From: a virus
Taxonomy: Duplodnaviria; Caudoviricetes
IMG/VR virus record: IMGVR_UViG_3300009503_000040
Span: 1-53,653 of that record
Strand: one strand, 5' to 3'
Length of the DNA: 53,653 nucleotides
Below the pieces are notes generated by a model that was not told the origin of the DNA, did no database searches, and saw only the letters and a program-made list of their open reading frames with translations. Position numbers and translations under genes: made by a program. This document shows, in pieces, positions 46,055-53,653 of the stretch. Numbering within the stretch: position 1 is the stretch's first letter; the number at the start of each line of letters is the position of its first letter.

Positions 46055-46384
46055 TTAATCATTTTTTATTTTGAAGTATGTTATTATAGCTTCAAGTATT
46101 CTTTCATCTCCTGTTTCATCATATATTATCTTAGCATCTTTAATTTTCAAATCATAATTCGGTCTCATCTCAAGAATTGAATAAATTTGATTTTGTGATT
46201 TATAACCGCACAATTCAGAAAAAAATTTAAATGCATTCGGAACAAACTTTTTCATTCTAACCTGATATTCTCTTATTGCAGTATCACATGCGTTTAATAT
46301 TATCTTTATATTATTTTCATTATTCTTTCGTAATTGATTCGTAATAGATTCGTAATAGATTTGTTTTTGATTCTCATTTCTCAT
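46055..46384 (-). CDS. Putative CII-position regulator
   Basis: Follows cro; helix-turn-helix-like segment. Confidence 0.45.
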   Translation of the reverse strand: MRNENQKQIYYESITNQLRKNNENNIKIILNACDTAIREYQVRMKKFVPNAFKFFSELCGYKSQNQIYSILEMRPNYDLKIKDAKIIYDETGDERILEAIITYFKIKND

Positions 46385-46390
46385 TATGTA

Positions 46391-46612
46391 TTACCTTGTT
46401 AATTTTGATGTAGAATTAATTTTAGATATCATTATGTATTTGGTTAAATCTTCATTAAAAATTTTTTCAAGCTGTTTGAGAAGGGAAGGTTTTATCGTCC
46501 CTCGTTTTATCATTATATATACTGTAGGGTCTGGTATCTTTAATATTTTCGATAAATCATATTTAGAAAGGCGTTTTTCTAATAAGAATTTAGTAAAATC
46601 AAACGGTAACAT
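46391..46612 (-). CDS. cro: Cro-like HTH repressor
   Basis: Divergent from cI; LSKYDLSKILKIPDPTVYIMIKRG; start MLPFDF with AAGGA RBS. Confidence 0.65.
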   Translation of the reverse strand: MLPFDFTKFLLEKRLSKYDLSKILKIPDPTVYIMIKRGTIKPSLLKQLEKIFNEDLTKYIMISKINSTSKLTR

Positions 46613-46629
46613 TTTATTATCCTTAATTG

Positions 46630-46735
46630 TTCTAAATTTCTCTCGTAAATATAATAAATAAAAATCAAATGTCAAGAGTAATTTAGAAATTTTTTGCAAT
46701 TATTTTATTTAATATTTAGAAATATTTAGATAAAT
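46630..46735. promoter_or_regulatory. cI/cro divergent promoter-operator region
   Basis: TTGACA on the minus strand at 46670-46675 with TATATT 16 nt downstream; repeated ATTTAGA boxes in both orientations. Confidence 0.6.
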
Positions 46736-46742
46736 TAAAAAC

Positions 46743-47390
46743 ATGAACTGGCAGGAATTTATTGAAACATTAATGAGGGATTTTAGATTGAGTTCTATTG
46801 AATTAGAACAAAAAACGGGGGTTTCTAATGCTGTAATTTCTCAGTTAAAAACAGGTAAAACAAAAAAACCCAATCAATATACAATAAGAAAACTTGAAGA
46901 GGGATTAAATATTAGAATCGACGACAGTGACCCAAATAATATAACTTATAAAAAAATTCAGCCAATTCCTTTTGAAGGGGCAATTCCTGCAAGAGAATAT
47001 CCTTTACTCAGCGAAGTTTACGCAGGAGAACCTGATAAATTTGATATAGAGTTGTATGATGAAAAAGAATACTTTGCTTATAAATATCCTTCTCATCGAT
47101 GTTTTGCTCTCCGTGTAAATGGACACAGCATGGAAACAACGCTAAAAGATGGCGATGTTGTTCTTGTTGATATGGACTCTCCGCCTGTCCCGGGTGATAT
47201 TGTTGCAGTCAAATTAAAAAATGGAAATCAATACATAAAAAGATATTATCCTATTAATGAATATTTTATAAAATTATCTTCCGACAATCCTGATTATGAT
47301 GTTCGATTAATTGATACCAAAGATATTGTTGCTATTCATCCAGTTGTTGCTATTAATCTTTATACGAGAAACTTTTCCCGAAGAGGTTAA
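46743..47390 (+). CDS. cI: CI/LexA-like repressor (XRE HTH + S24 peptidase)
   Basis: N-terminal HTH; Ala-Gly site VYAG; GHSM Ser and YIKR Lys. Confidence 0.9.
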   Translation: MNWQEFIETLMRDFRLSSIELEQKTGVSNAVISQLKTGKTKKPNQYTIRKLEEGLNIRIDDSDPNNITYKKIQPIPFEGAIPAREYPLLSEVYAGEPDKFDIELYDEKEYFAYKYPSHRCFALRVNGHSMETTLKDGDVVLVDMDSPPVPGDIVAVKLKNGNQYIKRYYPINEYFIKLSSDNPDYDVRLIDTKDIVAIHPVVAINLYTRNFSRRG

Positions 47391-47414
47391 TATCAAAAAA
47401 ATAAATATGTTTTT

Positions 47415-47651
47415 ATGTATATATTAGATTCAGATTCTCATAAGATAACAATCATCGCCAAAAAATCCATGTGCCGCAAAATTCCTTTTATTAACCCAGG
47501 CGATATTATTGTTGTTGATATAAAAGGGCAAAAAAATGATGGCAGTCTTGTTATTGTCTTCGATAACGAAAACTGCTGGATTGATAAATATTCAAAAGAT
47601 CTCGAACATTTTAATACATATTTAATAAGCAAAGTTATAATGAATAGTTAA
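47415..47651 (+). CDS. Stand-alone degenerate S24-like domain
   Basis: KSM..INPGDIIVVD..DGSLVIV; lacks HTH and the canonical KR. Confidence 0.55.
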   Translation: MYILDSDSHKITIIAKKSMCRKIPFINPGDIIVVDIKGQKNDGSLVIVFDNENCWIDKYSKDLEHFNTYLISKVIMNS

Positions 47652-47695
47652 GTGGAAATCTTTTCCATTTCCGAAGTAATAGATTCACAAAAAAA

Positions 47696-48187
47696 ATGAA
47701 AAATATAACAATTGATGAAATACTATCAGCTGTAATTTCTTTTTGTTTTGGAAATGGTAAATTAGAAGAATCCATAAAAAGGATTAAAAATTGTTCATCT
47801 GATAATTTAGTGAGTGATGAACAACTGCATCAATATATTTTTTCTTTATATGTTCTTGTAATTAGCGAAGTAATTTACAAAGCATTCCAAAACTCAATAA
47901 TTTCTGATAATCTTTTTGATAAATTATTCAAAATAGTATATGAAAATTTCCCAGAAGAATTTGATTTTATTATTGAAAATTATGTAAAGTATTCTGAAGC
48001 ATTATATAATAATAAAAGTTATGATTTGCTTTCATTAAGTTTATTAATATCGAGCAATCTAAGAAAAGATAAAAAAAGAGACTTGTTATTAGGTGCAATT
48101 TGCACACTTGAATTTTCTTCATTATTATTATCATTGAACAACTTTCTCGAAGAAATTAAGCATGATTATAATGTTCTTGCTGAATAA
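47696..48187 (+). CDS. Hypothetical protein
   Basis: 163-aa ORF in the accessory block. Confidence 0.65.
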   Translation: MKNITIDEILSAVISFCFGNGKLEESIKRIKNCSSDNLVSDEQLHQYIFSLYVLVISEVIYKAFQNSIISDNLFDKLFKIVYENFPEEFDFIIENYVKYSEALYNNKSYDLLSLSLLISSNLRKDKKRDLLLGAICTLEFSSLLLSLNNFLEEIKHDYNVLAE

Positions 48188-48258
48188 AATTGTAAAAATA
48201 AAACGATGATTAATTTAATTAATAAAGTATTTGTAAATAAATTTTATTGATTTTTGTA

Positions 48259-48296
48259 TTGACATTTTCTTTCTGCTGTGGTATATTTCATACCAC
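48259..48296 (+). promoter_or_regulatory. Sigma70 promoter with overlapping palindromic operator
   Basis: TTGACA(48259)-17-TATATT(48282); GTGGTAT-N5-ATACCAC at 48278-48296. Confidence 0.75.
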
Positions 48297-48310
48297 TAAT
48301 TGGAGGCAAA

Positions 48311-48673
48311 ATGTTATCATTTGGAGATTTTATTAAAAGTCATAGATTAAAATTGGGTTTAACCTTAAGGGAGTTCTGTAAAACTTACGGTCATGACCCA
48401 AGTAACTGGAGTAAATTAGAAAGGGGTGTTATACCCCCTCCTGCAGACGAAAAAACATTGAGAGTGTGGGCTGAACAACTCGGTATAACTGAATATAGTT
48501 CAGATTGGTATACTATGATAGATTTAGCTGCAATAGAAAAAGGTATCATACCATTTGATTTGAAAAAAAATCAGTCTGCTCTTGAAAAGCTTCCTCTGTT
48601 TTACAGAACTTTAAGAGGTCAAAAGCCAACAGAAAATGAAATGAAAAAAATCGCAGAACTTTTAAGGGAATAG
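48311..48673 (+). CDS. XRE-family HTH regulator
   Basis: FGDFIKSHRLKLGLTLREFC..DPSNWSKLERG; GGAGG RBS before ATG 48311. Confidence 0.85.
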   Translation: MLSFGDFIKSHRLKLGLTLREFCKTYGHDPSNWSKLERGVIPPPADEKTLRVWAEQLGITEYSSDWYTMIDLAAIEKGIIPFDLKKNQSALEKLPLFYRTLRGQKPTENEMKKIAELLRE

Positions 48674-48675
48674 AA

Positions 48676-49311
48676 TTGGAATGTTTTGATTTATCCCAGT
48701 ATAAAGCACCATATTTAAAATATGAAGAAATCCGTAAAAAAGCTGATGAATTTCGGGCTAAGTATTGGGAAAACCAGACAATTCCTGTAGACATTCTTTA
48801 TATCATAGAATTTAAATTGAATTTAGATATAATCCCTATAAAAAACTTAAAAAGTTATGGAGATATTGATTCATTTTTATTAGGTGATTTATCTGGTATA
48901 GCAGTTGATAGTGATGAATATATGGATGATAGATATTTAAACAGAATTAGATTTTCTATTGCTCATGAGATAGGACATCTTGTTTTACACAGTGATATAT
49001 ATAAAAAATGTAAACTGGAACCACTGAAAGAAATTCAAGATTGGATTACCTTTATTAAAACAGTCCCCGAAAAAGAATATAACTGGTTTGAATTACAGGC
49101 TTATGAATTCGCTGGACGTCTGTTAGTTCCAATAAATGAATTACAAAATGAAATTAATAAATTTAATACGGAAATCGAAACGGCAAAAAGTTTAATTTCA
49201 GATATTGATAACTATAGATTAGCAGAGTATTTAGCCCCTAATATTGCGAATAAATTCCAAGTGTCTCCTGAGGTTATAGTTAGGCGCATTAATGTTGAAA
49301 AAATTTTTTAA
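48676..49311 (+). CDS. ImmA/IrrE-family metallopeptidase
   Basis: RIRFSIAHEIGH..ELQAYEFAGRLLVP. Confidence 0.88.
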   Translation: MECFDLSQYKAPYLKYEEIRKKADEFRAKYWENQTIPVDILYIIEFKLNLDIIPIKNLKSYGDIDSFLLGDLSGIAVDSDEYMDDRYLNRIRFSIAHEIGHLVLHSDIYKKCKLEPLKEIQDWITFIKTVPEKEYNWFELQAYEFAGRLLVPINELQNEINKFNTEIETAKSLISDIDNYRLAEYLAPNIANKFQVSPEVIVRRINVEKIF

Positions 49312-49396
49312 TAATGATTTAATAACGGATTGAGTAAAAAATAATGATAATATCTTAATTAAGGAGACCGTATATTATGACGATGTTGTTGCCTTC

Positions 49397-49464
49397 GTTT
49401 AACTTCATAGGAGGGAAAGAGAAAATGAAATTGCTACGCAACTTTCACCTAACAAAAGTTAAAC
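49397..49464 (+). other. Integron attC-like site 1
   Basis: GTTTAAC...GTTAAAC complementary ends; inner TAGG/CCTA, GAAAG/CTTTC and TTGC-TAC-GCAA pairing. Confidence 0.65.
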
Positions 49465-49562
49465 AAAATTTTTTTTAATCGGTAGGGGGGTCTGAAATGA
49501 AGATGAATAACAAAGCAATATTTATAAAACAAGAGCTATTATTTACTTAAAGAGGTATCAAT

Positions 49563-50345
49563 ATGAATCATTGGACAAAATTAAGCATAGAATTTGCTAA
49601 TCAGAGAAACTACTTAGATGAGCTTTTCAAAGTCTATCCTACAATCCCAGAAGGAATACGAGAGATAGATAAACGAAAGTGGAATGCAATCGAAAAAGCG
49701 TTTAACGATAAGAACAAAATCGAACTGTTAAAATTATTGCTTTCTCTTGATTTATTTCCAATAAAGGACTCTTATGTAGCCTATCTAAAAAGAGACTCGA
49801 CAGCAATAAGCAGAAACCCAGCTACCGTTGACAGACTATATGGAAGATTAACAGAATTAGGGTTAGACAAAATTTGGGAAAGATGCTCAGAACCAAAGGA
49901 AACTAATAGGCAGATTGGCCCTTTATTTAGGAGATGGATAAATAAGGGTATTTTGGGCGTTCCAAATCTAAAATTGAGAGAATTTTTGGAAACAAATAAT
50001 AATGCAGTTTTAGATGCAACTGAAAAAGAAATGACGGATTTTGCTAAAAAGTATCTAAATTATAATAGAAACAAAGGTTTGGATTTTGTTGCAAGATTTA
50101 ATGGAAAATATGTTATTGGCGAGGCAAAATTCTTAACAGATTTTGGAGGGCATCAGAATGCACAATTTAATGATGCAATAAGCACAATAAAAACTGAAGG
50201 AGTTAAAGCAGAAAAAATTGCTATTCTTGACGGTGTGTTATACATTAAAGGAAATAACAAAATGTATAAGGACATAACCACAACTTACGCAGATTGCAAT
50301 ATCATGAGTGCATTAGTCCTTAGAGAATTTTTATTTCAACTATAA
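49563..50345 (+). CDS. Type II restriction endonuclease (Tsp45I-like, tentative)
   Basis: GLDFVA..VIGEAK PD-(D/E)XK motif; coupled to an MTase; family recalled, not searched. Confidence 0.7.
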   Translation: MNHWTKLSIEFANQRNYLDELFKVYPTIPEGIREIDKRKWNAIEKAFNDKNKIELLKLLLSLDLFPIKDSYVAYLKRDSTAISRNPATVDRLYGRLTELGLDKIWERCSEPKETNRQIGPLFRRWINKGILGVPNLKLREFLETNNNAVLDATEKEMTDFAKKYLNYNRNKGLDFVARFNGKYVIGEAKFLTDFGGHQNAQFNDAISTIKTEGVKAEKIAILDGVLYIKGNNKMYKDITTTYADCNIMSALVLREFLFQL

Positions 50346-50356
50346 AGAGAAATAAT

Positions 50357-51502
50357 ATGATTTTAAATTACGAAGGGAAAAAAAGCGAAAAAGAAATATT
50401 GGATAGTATCAAACCCATATTTTTAAAATCCATTAGTGGAAATCCTAAATCAAAATCTAAACTGATTAAAGGCGAAAATCTTGAAGTTATGAAATATTTA
50501 ATTGATAGATTCAACTTAAAAGGGAAAATAGATTTAGTGTATATTGACCCGCCTTTTTCAACAAATAATATTTTTAGAATGAGTAAAGATAAAGCAAATG
50601 CAATAAGTCGCAGTAATGGAGATAATATTGCTTATGATGATTCTTTAATTGGTCCAGAATATCTGGAATTTATACGAGAAAGACTAATACTATTAAGGGA
50701 TTTGTTATCTGATAAAGGTTCAATTTATGTTCATATAGACTATAAAATAGGGCATTATATTAAAGTACTCATGGATGAAATATTTGGTAGAAAAAATTTT
50801 CTTAACGATATAACAAGGATAAAATGCAATCCTAAAAATTTTGAAAGAAAAGCTTACGGAAATATCAAAGACATGATTTTATTTTATTCAAAGACAGGTA
50901 ATCATATTTGGAACAATCCAAAAGCACCTATGTCCGAAGAAGACATAAAACGATTATTCAAAAAAATAGATAAAAATGGGAGAAGATATACTACAATTCC
51001 TCTTCATGCTCCAGGTGAAACAACTAACGGGGTAACAGGAAAATCTTGGAGAGGAATGATGCCACCAAAAGGCAGACATTGGAGATGCTCTCCTTCTGAA
51101 TTAGAAGAATTAGATAAACAAGGTTTGATTGAGTGGTCGAAAACTGGAGTGCCACGGAAAAAAATTTATGCAGACGAAAAAGATGGAAAGAAAATACAAG
51201 ATATTTTAGAATTTAAAGATTTACAAAATCCTTCCTACCCGACTGAAAAAAACTTTGAATTACTTAAATTAATTGTAAACGCATCTTCCAATCCGGATAG
51301 TATTGTCTTGGATTGTTTTTGCGGTTCTGGGACAACCTTAAAAGCCGCACAGGAATTGGGTAGAAATTGGATAGGAATTGATAAATCGGAGGAAGCAATA
51401 AAAGTGGCTTTGAAAAAACTAACTTCAGAACAAAGAACCCTAACTAGTGAAGAAGAATTTGAATATTTGGAACAAGTAAGTATCCTGAAAAAATCAATAT
51501 AA
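50357..51502 (+). CDS. Cognate beta-class amino-DNA methyltransferase
   Basis: YIDPPF motif IV, YPTEK, LDCFCGSGTT motif I. Confidence 0.92.
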   Translation: MILNYEGKKSEKEILDSIKPIFLKSISGNPKSKSKLIKGENLEVMKYLIDRFNLKGKIDLVYIDPPFSTNNIFRMSKDKANAISRSNGDNIAYDDSLIGPEYLEFIRERLILLRDLLSDKGSIYVHIDYKIGHYIKVLMDEIFGRKNFLNDITRIKCNPKNFERKAYGNIKDMILFYSKTGNHIWNNPKAPMSEEDIKRLFKKIDKNGRRYTTIPLHAPGETTNGVTGKSWRGMMPPKGRHWRCSPSELEELDKQGLIEWSKTGVPRKKIYADEKDGKKIQDILEFKDLQNPSYPTEKNFELLKLIVNASSNPDSIVLDCFCGSGTTLKAAQELGRNWIGIDKSEEAIKVALKKLTSEQRTLTSEEEFEYLEQVSILKKSI

Positions 51503-51665
51503 CTTTACGGTCGGAACACTCCCTAAAAAAGGAGAGTCAAAAACTTGAAATTATTGGCGAGTAAGAAAAAACTACGACAACAACGGAATTTACGGCAGGT
51601 TTTCGAACTCTGCGGAAGTCTTCGGCTTCCTTGCCCCGTTGCACTCTCGCCTGTCGGCTCTGGGC

Positions 51666-51751
51666 ACATAACAGCGGACAAAAGGTTCGACTCTTGCAGA
51701 GCCTCACCCAAATTGCCTTCGGCAACTTCTTTTATCCGCAAACCGTTAAAC
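51666..51751 (+). other. Integron attC-like site 2
   Basis: ACATAAC...GTTAAAC; GCGGA-C-AAAAG pairs with CTTTT-A-TCCGC; inner TTGCC-TTC-GGCAA. Confidence 0.75.
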
Positions 51752-51766
51752 GCATTATAACCCGCA

Positions 51767-52303
51767 ATGAATATTATGGCCAAAATAAATTATAAAAAAA
51801 TTAGTTGTGAAAATTTATTTGAGTGCGACCAAGTTATGTCAGCATTTAGAATTCTTTTGCCTAATGGTAAAAATCGGGTCATTACCCTAAAAGAATGGTT
51901 TAATAAAATTTTTCAAAAAAAATTAAATGATTCCATCCCAATTGTTGTTAGTGAACAAATTGAAATAACAAGAAATATTATGGTATATGGATATTTTTTT
52001 TATCCAATTTTTACTTTTGCTTCAGAACAACTTACTCGCATTGCCGAGAATGCAATCAATATCAGATGCAATTCTCTTCAATGTCCAAAATCAAAAAAAA
52101 CATTTAAAGAAAAAATCGAATGGTTACATAAAAATTCTCTTTTATCAAAAGAATCATACTTAAAGTGGGAATCTATTATTAAATTAAGAAACAAATTTTC
52201 TCATCCAGAAAAGCAATCTATTATTACACCTTTTATGGGTATTGAATTAATAAATAATATTGTTGAAGAAATCAATAATTTATATACTATAAAATTATCA
52301 TAA
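51767..52303 (+). CDS. Cassette-like hypothetical protein (HEPN-like RxxxxH)
   Basis: Starts 16 nt after the attC-like site; LRNKFSHP motif. Confidence 0.6.
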   Translation: MNIMAKINYKKISCENLFECDQVMSAFRILLPNGKNRVITLKEWFNKIFQKKLNDSIPIVVSEQIEITRNIMVYGYFFYPIFTFASEQLTRIAENAINIRCNSLQCPKSKKTFKEKIEWLHKNSLLSKESYLKWESIIKLRNKFSHPEKQSIITPFMGIELINNIVEEINNLYTIKLS

Positions 52304-52331
52304 CTTTTTCCTAAAGTAATGGATTCACAAA

Positions 52332-53498
52332 ATGAAGGGCATTTACTTACAAAAAAACTCTCCTTACTATTGGCTGCGATATTATGACAAGTTAGAATCC
52401 GAGCCTTCTCGCAGAGGAAAATCGATTAACACAAAAATTCAAGTCACTCCTGCAGACAAACGCAGATATGAAAAAGGTGAAAAACTTTTAGGTACTCCAG
52501 AACTTAGAAAATTAGTTCAGGAATTTAAAGCTGGATTGGCAGAACGTGATATGCAGGCAAAATCAGGTGTTAAACTTAAAAAGAAATTACTATTATCAGA
52601 AGGCTATAAAGAATTTAAGGAGTATCGCTCGATTCCCGGCAGTAAAAATTATCTAAAACAAAAAACACTTGAAAACTACGATATTGCTGTGTTGCATTTT
52701 TTAAATACATGCAAAGATAAATACATTTATAAATACACTGAATCAGATTACAATAAACTTCTTTTTTACTTTGAAGAAAAAAAATTATCAAGGAATTCCC
52801 GCTCTATTTATTCACGTGCCTTGCATTCACTCTGGAAATATTTTATTGATAAAAAATACGCAGTCAAAAATATTATAGAAACAATCGAATCAGAAGAAAA
52901 AGACCCTAATCCTATATTGAATGAAGACATGTATACTATTATACAGTCATTAAAAGAAGATAAAAAATATCCTCATCATTACTGGATTATTTATTTTATG
53001 TTATTGACTGGCTGCAGACCTTCAAGTGCTCTGGTTCAGATGAAAGAAGATATAGACTTTAAACGAAAGCAAATCATTATAAGAAATATAAAAGCTGGTG
53101 AACTGAAAGGAAAACCATATTATCGTTTCCCTCTTTATAAGGAATTAGAAAATTTGCTTAAAGAAATGAAAGTTAATCAAGGTGATTCAGGCAGACTATT
53201 TTATATGTATAAAATAAATCCTCGAAATTATACTTACCCACTAAGCTTTTGGGAAAGGAAAATAAATTCACTCTATAAAACTGGAAAAATTGAAAAACGA
53301 TATACACTTAAGCAAATCCGTTCTACCACCGCAAGTTTTTTAATTAACATTCTTCAAATGGACATATTCACAGTAAAAAAATTATTAGACCATGCCAATA
53401 TTCAAATTACAGACAAGAACTATGTAGATTACAATATCAATTTAGCCAAGAATGAATTAGACAAATTTACATTAGATGATTTAAAAAAAGTGTTATAA
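52332..53498 (+). CDS. int: Tyrosine recombinase (phage integrase)
   Basis: TGCRPS, KQIRST, LLDHANIQITDKNY; adjacent to att. Confidence 0.9.
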   Translation: MKGIYLQKNSPYYWLRYYDKLESEPSRRGKSINTKIQVTPADKRRYEKGEKLLGTPELRKLVQEFKAGLAERDMQAKSGVKLKKKLLLSEGYKEFKEYRSIPGSKNYLKQKTLENYDIAVLHFLNTCKDKYIYKYTESDYNKLLFYFEEKKLSRNSRSIYSRALHSLWKYFIDKKYAVKNIIETIESEEKDPNPILNEDMYTIIQSLKEDKKYPHHYWIIYFMLLTGCRPSSALVQMKEDIDFKRKQIIIRNIKAGELKGKPYYRFPLYKELENLLKEMKVNQGDSGRLFYMYKINPRNYTYPLSFWERKINSLYKTGKIEKRYTLKQIRSTTASFLINILQMDIFTVKKLLDHANIQITDKNYVDYNINLAKNELDKFTLDDLKKVL

Positions 53499-53530
53499 AA
53501 TGTGTTATAGTGAAGATTTGATTTCTCTTC

Positions 53531-53622
53531 TTTAAACTAAAAAAGCCTTGTAACTTCTTTAATTACAAGGCTTTAGTTAGCGGGGCCGACGAGACTCGAA
53601 CTCGCGACCTCCTGCGTGACAG
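53531..53622. repeat. att site (right copy)
   Basis: Identical to 32-123. Confidence 0.95.
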
Positions 53623-53653
53623 GCAGGCGTTCTAACCAAGCTGAACTACGACC
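53581..53653 (-). tRNA. tRNA-Asp (GTC), 5' end clipped by the window
   Basis: Reverse complement GGTCGTAGTTCAGCTTGGTTAGAACGCCTGCCTGTCACGCAGGAGGTCGCGAGTTCGAGTCTCGTCGGCCCCG; no encoded CCA. Confidence 0.95.

Larger units (their letters stand above)
32..53622. mobile_element. Complete integrated prophage (podovirus-like, temperate) at tRNA-Asp
   Basis: 92-bp terminal direct repeats containing the tRNA 3' half; integrase next to one end; CI/Cro, terminase, portal, capsid and lysis genes all with intact ORFs. Confidence 0.95.

Noticed and set aside
51523-51783. ORFs at 51523-51783, 51537-51725 and 51545-51760
   Set aside because: They overlap the GC-rich attC-like hairpins; better explained as non-coding
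52332-53498. Integron integrase IntI
   Set aside because: No recognisable IntI-specific insertion; co-oriented downstream of the cassettes and tied to tRNA att sites
737-53498. Stop-codon reassignment
   Set aside because: Genes are long, intact and tightly coupled under the standard bacterial code

Overview
The window is one apparently complete, AT-rich temperate prophage of about 53.5 kb. It is bounded by a 92-bp direct repeat (32-123 and 53531-53622) and integrated at the anticodon loop of a tRNA-Asp(GTC) gene. Gene order is podovirus-like. Reading right to left: tyrosine integrase; an accessory block (XRE/ImmA pair, type II R-M system between two integron attC-like sites, one more cassette-like gene); CI/Cro switch; recombination, methylase and replication genes; terminases, portal, scaffold, capsid, adaptors and nozzle; tail fibres and lysis genes; and ejection proteins ending in a 3317-aa polyvalent protein. 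The host is inferred to be Bacteroidota/Ignavibacteria-like, which is not proven. The most unusual signal is a 21-nt element (TTCCRAAGGAATGGATTCCCA) with no stop codon in any frame. It occurs about 14 times near-exactly, plus composite and degenerate copies, mostly inside genes, in both orientations and all six frames, and behaves like a precise 7-codon insertion. Other notable signals are the attC-flanked R-M cassette, three homologous leader-plus-terminator RNA elements in the late operon, out-of-frame ORFs nested in the giant gene, and a beta-propeller nested in a CBM-like domain within the nozzle. All family assignments come from motif recognition by eye; no database searches were run.
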